Assembly (NCBI GenBank): GCA_965153355.1
Contig: OZ231126.1
Span: forward strand, 47,182,001 to 47,246,000
Direction of reading: 5' to 3'
DNA: 64,000 nucleotides
DNA from: Flaccisagitta enflata
Taxonomy: Eukaryota
Shown: piece after piece, positions 1 through 10,071 of the stretch
Layout: each line of letters starts with the position of its first letter
Numbering within the stretch: position 1 is the first letter of the stretch
The notes under the pieces: generated by a model
What the model saw: the letters and a program-made list of their open reading frames with translations, nothing else
What the model was told of the DNA's origin: nothing
Database searches by the model: none
Program-made: the position numbers and the translations under genes

Positions 1-2188
1 TCATTCCAACCCATTCAAATCCTGTTGATGTTTCTATAAAAATCACCCTTTGTTATTCCAATTCATTCCATCCCATTCCAATCCATTCAAATTCATTCCA
101 ATTCATTCCAATTGAGTCTAAATCCCCCTATAAACCCCTACCTTTTAGCCCCTCCCATTCTAGGAACTCAACTCAAAAGGACCAATAATTCTTCAATTTG
201 AAGATTTCATTCAAGTCCATTCAGGTTGTCATTCGGGCTCTACCCTAAGGTGTAGAGCCTGAATGAAAATTTTCTTTAGTTATCACTATGGTTCAGTTTC
301 TTGATTAGGAGGGGCTAAGAGGTAGAGGTTGCACGAAGGATTGGGACTCAATTTTAACTTCCTGAATGGATTGGAATGGGTTGGAATGAGTTGTAATAAC
401 TTCAGCGTTATTTCATTCCACTCATTAGCCCATTTCCAAATCATAACAGAAATTTCATCAAAATCACATATGTCATTAAACTCATTCCAATTCATTCCAA
501 CCCATTTCAATACACTCCAACCCATTCCAATTCATTCCAACCCATTCTAATTCATTTAACCATTCTAAATCCTGTTGATGTTTTATAAATCTACATATCT
601 TATTCAATTCATTTCAACCCATTCCAATTCATTCCAATTCATTCCAACCCATTCTAATTCATTCCAACCCATTCCAATCCGTTCCAATTCATTCCAACCC
701 ATTCAGATTCATTCCAACCCATTCCAATTCATTCCAACTCATTCCAACCCATTCTAATTCATTCCAACCCATTCCAATCCGTTCCAATTCATTCCAACCC
801 ATTCAGATTCATTCCAACCCATTCCAATTCATTCCAACTCATTCCAACCCATTCAAATCCTGTTGAAGTTTCTATCAAAATCACCCTTTATGTTATTCCA
901 ATTCATTCCAACCCATTCCAACCCATTCCAATCCATTCCAATTCATTCCAATTGAGTCTAAATCCCCCTATAAACCCCTACCTTTTAGCCCCTCCCATTC
1001 TAGGAACTCAACTCAAAAGGACCAATAATTCTTCAATTTGAAGATTTCATTCAAGTCCATTCAGGTTGTCATTCGGGCTCTACCCTAAGGTGTAGAGCCT
1101 GAATGAAAATTTTCTTTAGTTATCACTATGGTTCAGTTTCAGCAGTTGGAGGCTAAGAGGTCAGGTTTGCTGAGGATTTAAACTCAATTTTAACAACCCT
1201 GAATGGTTGAATGGAGACAGAATATTAAATATTTCAACGGTTGGCTGTTTCAGCTTATTTCCAACCCATTTCAATCCTGCTGAAATTTTCCTCGAAATCA
1301 CCCCTTATGTCATTGAAACTCATTCCAATTCATTCCAATTCATTCCAACCCCTTTCAATTCATTCCAACCCATTCCAATTCATTCAGCCCATTCAATTCA
1401 TTCCACTTGTTTGATTCATTTCCAACCCATTCCAATTCATTCCAACTCATTTCAAGCATTTCCAAATCCTGTTGATGTTCCTATCAAAATCACCCTTTAT
1501 GTATTCCAATTCATATTCCAACCCATTCCAATCCATTCAAATTCAATCTCAATTCATTCAGTGAGTCTAAATCCCCCTATAAACCCCTACCTTTTAGCCT
1601 CTCCCATTCTAGGAACTCAACTCAAAAGGACCAATAATTCTTCAGTTTGAAGATTTCATTCAAGTCCATTCAGGTTGTCATTCGGGCTCTACCCTACGGT
1701 GTAGAGCCTGAATGAAAAGTATAATTAGTTATCACTATGGTTCAGTTTCTTGATTGGGAGGGGCTAATAAGTAGGGGTTTATGAGAGGATTTAGAACCAA
1801 TTTTGATAACCTGAATGGACTTGAATGGGTTTGAATAGGTTTGAATGACTCGTGATGGGATCCAACAAGAATTTCATTACAACCAATTCCAACTCATTCC
1901 AACCCATTCCAATCCCGTTGAAATTTCCATGAAAATCACACTAGATGTCATTCAAACTCGTTTCAATTCATTCAAGCCCATTTTCCAATTCAGTAATTCA
2001 TTCCAGCATTCTAATTCCATTCCAACTCATTCAAATCCTGTTGATGTTTCCTCAAAATCACCCTTTATGTGTTCCAATTCATTCCAACCCATTCCAATCA
2101 TTCTCTTCATTTCCAACCCATTCTGATTCATTCCAAGCCATTCCAACTCATTTCCAACCATTCAAATCCTGTTGATGAGCGTACGTGT
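1..2188. repeat. CATTCCAA(TT/CC) satellite with higher-order units; about 190 bp conserved core repeated at about 114-300, 954-1140 and 1563-1750
   Basis: Tandem 10-mers cattccaatt/cattccaacc; three near-identical cores each carrying the hairpin cattcgggctctac-N8-gtagagcctgaatg; ends at the N gap. Confidence 0.9.
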
Positions 2189-2198
2189 NNNNNNNNNN
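2189..2198. other. Assembly gap (10 N)
   Basis: Run of N in the sequence. Confidence 1.
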
Positions 2199-2582
2199 CA
2201 TTGCAAAATACATTATAGCTCCATTTTCTTGGAGAATAAAAGTGCCAGAAGCTTAGTGGCAGATACCGCTCATTTACACTACTCCAGGCAGTATGAAATG
2301 AGTCCCAAGTGTCAATTATGGCTGTAATTCGTGTGACCCATGTAAATACGAGCCAATCCATGTGCTGGAGGCCATATTGAAACATTTCAGCTGTTTTCGT
2401 ATTAGTACCCTAACTGATGCCTGCTTATTTTCGAGGCAGGCCCTAAGTAATTATTGAGTAAATTACCACCACTAAATGAGTCAATGCTACTATTTCTAAT
2501 GATGTCAACGTAACATGCATACAGGTTTGTACCAAAATATTTCGCGGAAAATCTTTGGTCACTTAATCACAGACCGTCTCAC

Positions 2583-4378
2583 CATTCCATGAAGAAGCAC
2601 TTTTTGAAAAGGCAACGTATTGGTGAGTTGCATCCCAAGCATGACCATTCGGGCGACCCAAAAGAAGAGAATGTCGTGACCAGTTTCCATAACAGAGAGG
2701 GGAAAGAGGCCCTCGGCATCTGTCCATGTGGCATCGGCCTTGGTTTCACCGTTTACCGCGTCTGGCCATCCCAAAGCGGAAAATGGGAAAAGAGCGGAAG
2801 AGAACCAAGTGTCCAGCACGTCGGGATCGCGACTAAGCGCTAGTTGGGACGGTGAACTAACGCCGATTTTCCTGGCCCCTTTCTCACGAGCCTCTTCCTC
2901 CGAGTGAGCGGCGACCCAGCTTTCTCCCTCTGAAGATGATGGTGCCGCCGACGACGGCATGCAGACCGTAACGCGATAGGCTGGAATACGATGTCCCCAC
3001 CACAACTGCCTAGATATGCACCAGTCACGCTGCTGAGCGAGAAAGTGATTCCAAATTTTTGCGTGAAAGGAGGGTTGGAACTCAAGACGGCCATCGGCGA
3101 CGACGTCCATGGCCTTTTTCGACATGTGGCCGCAGTCGAGGAACCATTGCTGCTTCAACATCGGCTCCACGACGTCTCCAGAGCGTGAACAGATGGGAAG
3201 CGTCATGGGGTGATCTTGAGAACCTCGGAAAAGACCCAGACCATTCAACGCGTGTCTCAACCGAGTTCGGGCGAAAAAGCGTGGAAATCCTGGAAAGTTT
3301 TTAAAAAAGATTAAGACTTAAATAAATACACGAGGCTAATTTTTGGTTTCTTACTGTCGCGCAGTTTTATCATAAGGAACGCTACGCACATGCAAATGGC
3401 TATCTTTTATTTCAAGATCATCAACCTGCAAAGTCGGGGAAATCGTTGGTGACGCAGCCGGCTTCATCCAACATGGTGATCGGAGAAGTCAGTCCAGAAT
3501 GACGTCGCGCCATCTCGAAATCCCGTTTGTCGTGGGCGGGAGTCACTTTCACGGCGCCAGTCCCAAATTCACGGTTCACAGACGGATCGGCAATGACGGG
3601 GATGGCACTGTAATTCGATGTTGAAAGGGCTTTAAAATTAACCGACATTTGCTATCTAATGTTGCATATATAGGTGACAACTGTGCAGAGTTCTCTTGTC
3701 CTTCACAACTTAACCTCAAATTCTTAACAGACATGGTAATTGTTTCAACAAACTGACACCAGGCTTGGTTGTCTGATACATTAAGAATGCCAGCCGCGAA
3801 TGATCATAGGCAAACAAAACTCATACCAATTCCGGAATGGATGTATCAGCGATCGCCCGATGAACGGTCGGTATCGATCGTCGTCAGGATGCACGGCCAC
3901 AGCGACGTCCGCCAGCATAGTCTCCAGGCGAGTGGTGGCTACGACGATTTCCTGGCAGCCAATTCCTTCGAAACGATACGCGAACGAATCGAGCAGACCG
4001 AAAGTGACTTTCTCGTCGTAACCGGGGATTGACAGCTGCGTGTTTCCTTCGATGGACAAATTGTCGACTTCCACGTCGGAAATTGTGGAACCAAGATGGA
4101 AGCACCAGTTGACGAGACCCAAAGAGCGATAAATGAGACCTTGATCGTGCAGGCGGATAAAGGCTTCGTCCACGGCGGTTGATAGAGAGGGATCGAGAGT
4201 GAAGACGCGACGATTCCAATCCAACGACGCCCCCATGCGGCGGAGTTGGTTTTCGATGGTAGAAGCTGAAAAGGCAGTGTGGAAATGGTACAATGAAGGC
4301 GTGAGTAGAGGACTGGAGAGAAAGTGAGGAAGGGAAGAAAAGGGAGAAAAAGGAAGAAAGGAAAGGAAGAAGAAAGAA

Positions 4379-4434
<56 letters not shown>

Positions 4435-5419
4435 AAAAAAAGACAGTAAATAAGAAAAGATAAAAGAGGAAAAAGGAAAAGGAAGACAAGAAAAAAAAAA
4501 AAAGATCGCAAAAAGAAAGAACGAAGGAAAAAGAAAAGACAGGAGGAGAGAAACAAACGAGGAATCTTGAGGGGAAAAGAAGAAAAGAAGAGAAGAAGGG
4601 AACAAAGGAAGTCAAGAGCACAAGAAAAAGAAAAACAAAGACAAAGTGCAAAGTGCAAAGATATGGTTCGCAAAGATTACATTGGTTTTGATGAGCAAAA
4701 CCATAGTTTGTCTAATACGACAAAGAAAAGAACCAACCTTTCAAATCTTTCCAGTCGCTGACCCTCTTAACAAATTCGTCTCTTCCAAGGTCATCTCTCG
4801 TCTTCCCTTCTTCCGCCCAGAGCTTCTTTTCGACGACCGATTGAGTAGCGATGCCGGCGTGATCGAATCCCGGTACCCACGTCACTTCGTCTCCGCACAT
4901 CCGACGCCAACGACAAAGCGCGTCTTGCACGCTTACGGTTAGCGCGTGACCGATGTGTAGATTGCCCGTGACATTGGGAGGCGGTAGGACGACGGAGAAA
5001 CGATTGTGATTTGACTGAGAAGAACGTACTTCGACGCCGTCGCATTCATTGCGCCGATTCGCCAACATCGACGCAGATGAACCCGACGACGACGTTGAGA
5101 AGATACCAGAGGCTTCCCACCAATCTTGCCAAGCGGCTTCGACGTAACGCGGATGATATGCGTCCGGCATAACGACGGTAGTGTCTTTTTTAGCGCCGTC
5201 TTGAGGTCCATAGTAAACCACAGTTTCATTGCCTTTTTTCTTTTTCTTCTTCTTTTTCTTCTTGGCGACGACAGCGGATGGAGTTGGCTCGTTGGCGGCC
5301 ACAGCGGCAGCGGATGTGGCAGTTTCCGCTACATCGGGCGATAAATGGTACACGGAGGACGAGAAAAATCTATTCAAATTTCGAGCGAATGGTTTGTAAC
5401 TTTGAGGCAGATAGCGCAT
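2583..5419 (-). CDS. VARS2: Valyl-tRNA synthetase, probably mitochondrial; 3'-incomplete. Exons 5419-4738, 4265-3827, 3607-3426, 3289-2583
   Basis: Motifs [15 protein letters not shown] (HIGH), [73 protein letters not shown]; frame-preserving GT-AG junctions; Arg/Ser-rich, acid-free presequence-like N-terminus; KMSKS exon not found in the window. Confidence 0.93.
4320..4645. repeat. (GAAA)n and purine-rich simple repeat in VARS2 intron 1
   Basis: Direct reading. Confidence 0.9.
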
Positions 5420-5502
5420 GATGAAAGAAGCTGTTGTACAGTATTATGTTTTTGTTATGGTTTCTTGCGAGTCTAATTCACAGTATAAAATAGAAGTAAA
5501 TT

Positions 5503-6405
5503 TTATTGAATCTTCTTTTTGACGGGGGCGCAGTCGTATTTCCCACGGACGACACGGACGTGCACGCCGATGAGATCCTTGGTACGACGGGCTTCACATA
5601 GAACCGTGCTGTGTTCTTGCAAATTGTGGCCTTCTCCAGGGACGAGCGCCACGCACTACAGAATAGGATTTGAAACGTAAAGAAATCGATAAACGGCCAA
5701 GCCAGTCATCGTTTTTTTTTCTTTTACGTCTTAGCCTTAATGGCCATTTAAAACCGTTAACGTCTAAACTGATGCTGATGCACTACTGAGCATCTTGAAT
5801 AACCCCAGTTCACCTCTCTTCCGTTGGACAGTCGCACGAGGACGCACTTCCGATTGGCCGAATTGGGTTTCTTTGGCTTTTTGATGAGAGTCTTCAAAAC
5901 GACTCCCTTCAAGTGTGGGGCGTAGCCGATTGGTGAAAGTCTTACCCTCCTAACAAATCAGTGATGGATATGGACAATTCATGGATTCAACTCTGGACTC
6001 TGGAGGCTACTTCAAAAGGTCATAATTGCATAATGTACTAATTCTTGCCAAATCTTACCTCTTCGGTTTCGGCGGAGCTCCATGGACCCTTTCCAGATCA
6101 GTCCAATTTCTTTTACTTTGAACCACTTCGAACGAGTCCCTGACTGTGAAGTCGGAGGTCTGGTGACGAATCGAGGAAGCGATGACACAAGATTTGGAGG
6201 AGAAATAGTTGGTAAAACCGTTAAGAACGGAGGAACTCGGTGCCACGAATGCGGCCGTGTTAAGGAATGAGATGGGTGTGAGTGAAGGAGAAAAATGAGA
6301 TGAAAGGGGTGAGAATCCAGGAAGCGACGATGAGAGGGCCGTGGTTGGTACCGAAGCGAGTCGTTTACATGCAGTAGGAAGGAAACGGCTCATGAAACTA
6401 AACAT
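5503..6405 (-). CDS. MRPS12: Mitochondrial ribosomal protein S12 (uS12m). Exons 6405 (or 6393)-6059, 5949-5814, 5655-5503
   Basis: Manual translation gives [35 protein letters not shown] / [16 protein letters not shown]...[16 protein letters not shown]; long Ser-rich presequence; GT-AG junctions in frame; the two conserved exons are absent from the ORF track. Confidence 0.93.
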
Positions 6406-6465
6406 CGTCGCAGTTTGAGCGAAATGAAGTACAAAAGAAAGAAAACTTAAAGTTTGATCGGTCTT

Positions 6466-8080
6466 TTAGATGTTGAAACTTTCGCCGCAACCGCAAGTGC
6501 CTTTGATGTTGGGATTGTTGAAAACAAACTCAGCCGATAATTTGTTTTCTACAAAGTCCATTTCGGTGCCCAACAACGTCAACTGCGCTTTACGGTCGAT
6601 GAAGACTTTGACCCCGTCTTGAAGCACCTCCTCGTCAAATTTGGCCTTGTCTGAAATGAAGGGTGGAGACATTTTTCCCCGGACAATATCATTACTCATT
6701 AGGCATGATTATGTTGGAAAGGGCCTGCATTTAAAAGGCCTCAAGGGCAGAAAAGTAGTACAGAGTAATCTTCTACATTACTTACTACAAGGCGATCGAG
6801 TACCTTTGGCAAAATCCAAAGTGTAAGAGAGACCGTTACAGCCCCTGGTTTTAACGCCGATTTTGATAGCGCTGGCCTCCGGATTCAACTCGAGAAGCGT
6901 CTGTATGCGCGAAACTGCAGATGGCGTCAATACGAGCGGCGCACGAGTAGGTATCGGGCGCGAAATCTTCTTCACGGCACGAACGGTTGCACTCATAGAA
7001 CTGAAAGAGGAAAAAGATGAAATTTGAAAGAGCTGATAGCCTTCATCAGATATACAGTAGATCTCGTCTAGACTTGAGATAATGGGGGCAAGCATTGTGT
7101 AAAGACGAATGAAGGCAGGGGAGCGATATTTGGATTATAGACTAATCAAAGGATGATTAATTCCCTATGATAGCTGGTTGCCATGGAAACACATTTCTAT
7201 TATTCTCCAATCAATATTTTTGAGAGATTTTTTAAAGAACATTGCTTAAAATAAAATTTTCAAATTTCACAGTATGTTCTGTAGAAATGTTACCGCTGCT
7301 GAGCGTATCCATGTGTGACAACCCTAGCAAGCAAACGAGCGACATTCTTACAGAACATACTGTGGAAGTTTTTATTTTAAAAATCTCAAAATATTGATAC
7401 TTTAGCGAGAATACATGGAAATGTGTTTCCATGGCAACCAGCTGTCATGGGCAATAAAGCATCCAATTATTAGCCTATGTATGAAATATCACTCCCCTGG
7501 CTTCATTTGTTTTCCTACACTACTTGCCCCCGTTATCTCAAGTCTAGACGAGATCTACTGTACCTAGGAAATAATCATATTGCATCAAACATCAACCCTT
7601 ATCTTTACTTGTGTACAATTAAACGTTCGCATTAACTTTTTCTAAAAAGGAAAACTGATTTCTGAGAAATTTTCAATTTATCTAGACCAAGCAGAATTAT
7701 CTAGCTTTAATCGTTTGAAATTACAGAAAAATATGTTGAGCGACATCAAAAACAAAATCACAAGAACATGTCCTTGTATCGATTGGTTTGATGCCTGCTT
7801 TTTGTTTGCATTAAGGCTTGGTCTAGAGCAAAAGAAATTTCTCAGAGATTATTATTCTTTTCGGAAAAAATTTTATATACAAGTTGTTTACCGTTTAATT
7901 CTGAGCGAGTTATTATGGGTTAAGCCTGATGCAATGATTCTTTCCTAGGTAGTGACTTGAGTAAGGGCGGTCAGGATGTAAGTCAACATACCTTCTTGCA
8001 CCTCCAGTTGCCATCATCAGAGCCCAATTGCCGAGAGTGGGCCCATACTTGCGACCGACGTTTACCAAAGGATTTTGCAT
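6466..8080 (-). CDS. ISCA1: Iron-sulfur cluster assembly 1 (A-type carrier). Exons 8080-7992 (probable), 7000-6804, 6650-6466; an internal ATG at 6996 is an alternative start
   Basis: GVKTRGCNGLSYTL, DGVKVFIDRKAQLTLLGTEMDF, FNNPNIKGTCGCGESFNI*; the upstream exon MQNPLVNVGRKYG...GGAR ends in AG|GTATGT and splices in frame to TTTCAG|TTCTATG. Confidence 0.92.
7055..7560. mobile_element. Palindromic MITE, Tc1/mariner-type (TA-flanked), in ISCA1 intron 1
   Basis: TIR cagtagatctcgtctagacttgagataa ... ttatctcaagtctagacgagatctactg; TA on both sides; inverted arms extend internally. Confidence 0.9.
7563..7949. mobile_element. Second TA-flanked MITE abutting the first
   Basis: cctaggaaataatcatattgcatca ... 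tgatgcaatgattctttcctagg; TA on each side; internal inverted blocks (tctagaccaagc/gcttggtctaga). Confidence 0.8.
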
Positions 8081-10071
8081 TTATTTCGGTATCATTCAGA
8101 GAGTCGGATAAAAATAATAATAAAAGTGATTCAATTCAAACCTGTAAAGAATCAGAATAGTCGATCGAATTTAAAAATTAGATAACCGTAAGACGGGGAA
8201 AACCGACAACGACCCGAGAGAGGATAGATTATGTATATAAACATTAACAGCATTTCGATCAGTATGGTGGGACAGATAGGATCTGGTGATGTCAAGCTGT
8301 TTCCTACACAAGCGCTGGGATGAGGCTGAGAGGTAATCCGGGCTTTGGTTATCTCTAAAGGGCTTTATCGGCGAAAATAGATTCATAAATTTCTTGTCAT
8401 GAAAATTTCATAAGGGCGTTTCAAATTTTTCTAAAGTTTTTCAATTCTCTCAAAATCGATTTGCATCTTTAAAAGCCGTGGCCAACTTTGAAACTATTCG
8501 GACTCTTATGAATCTGAAGAAAATACGGAGGTGTTGTACTTAGTAATAATTTGAAATGGGATATCTATCGGTCTAGAGACGAAAGGAATGCTGGGATAAA
8601 TTAAAAAAAACTGGATTAATAAATATGCAAATGGATTCATTTACGTGCACCAATGAATTCGGTTACAGATGATACACGGGCAGCATTGGAGGTCAAAAAA
8701 TTTGTGACGGGGAGCAAAAATGTGTCACGAACTAATCCACGGTAGGTAGAGCTTGACATACAAAAAGTAGAGAAAAATGACCGATAGTAAAATACGTAGT
8801 AATGTTGGGATTGGGCGAAACGAGGAAAGTGGTGGGTAACTACTACGATAAGGGAACGTTGCATGGCGCTAAAAAATTCCGCCTCGCACCAAAGGTCACA
8901 GGAGTAGGCCAATATTCTCACTTTCATAATAGTACGATGAGTAAATTGGGAAATAGGAGACTGGAGAGCAAGAAAAACTTTTCTGCATCAATGCCAAAAC
9001 TGGGCGTGGGAGGAGAGTATTGGACCGGCAGCAAGGTAAAGAAACAAACTGCTGCATAACGCAGCGTTGTGTAGCCTCTCAGAAACCAATCTCTCCCAGG
9101 CCAATTGGGCAACAAGGAGTTCATTATATCAATAGGTAGGAAAAATTGATACCTACGCCGAAAAAAAGTCTCCATTCCAATAAATAGTACCATTCGCGTA
9201 CAATGAAAAAGAAACACGGTGGTGGATGAAACGGAGGTGGAATAAAATATTAGAGTAAAATCTAATATGTAAAAAGTACAAAAATCAGCCGAGATTTCTC
9301 TAAGTCTATGACGTTATCACTGACAATGAAAGTAAGAACTGCGCAAAAAGCTCGAGTTCTCTAACTTAGAGCATCATGAGTAACGTATCCAGAACTTAAC
9401 AAAGAATCGTTTGACGTTAAATAATGACTGACAACATGACACAGTCTCTTTTTAAGATGGTAACTAGATACCGATGCAACATACAACAAAGAGTGGTTCT
9501 CATTTTTTTTTTGGTATAGGACACTGACAAATGACGATGAGCAATAGAAATTTAGCGTGGTGTTTGCAAATTTTTACCCACCCAGGAACTAGACCATTGA
9601 CCATTTTCAATAAAATAAAAAATCTTTAAAAAAACACGGATGTTTGCCCAAAGACTCATTCTTTTCTTATTAACAAATCGCAAAGCGAAAAAAGGAAAAA
9701 AAATCACCCCCTCCCACAAAAAATACTACTAACACAACGGTAGCTTGGCCTTTTATCTCAAACCCGACACAACCAGATATAAATAAATACCAAAATCATA
9801 ACAGAGGAGGAATAAATAATATTTCCTCGACTAACAAGAAGAACGAGGAATTATGGATTGATGGAATTAAAGGAGGAACGTCAAAAGTGGAAGCTTGAAG
9901 AGGAAGAGGAGGAAGGGGGGAAATGGTCGAAGTGGGTTTTGTAAAAATGGTGACGAGAAAGGGAATCGAACAATAGAGGAGGTTATGACAAGTCTTTGAC
10001 AGAAAAAAGGGTTCAGAATAAAACGATTACAAAATGAGAGCTACAACGGTTTGGTTGATCTTTGCATGAGA

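Noticed and set aside
286-2175. HSNPFQFIPT-type ORFs
   Set aside because: Translations of the CATTCC satellite
3781-4673. Phe/Ser-rich N-terminal extensions of ORFs overlapping VARS2
   Set aside because: Intron 1 simple repeat; the real exon starts at 4265
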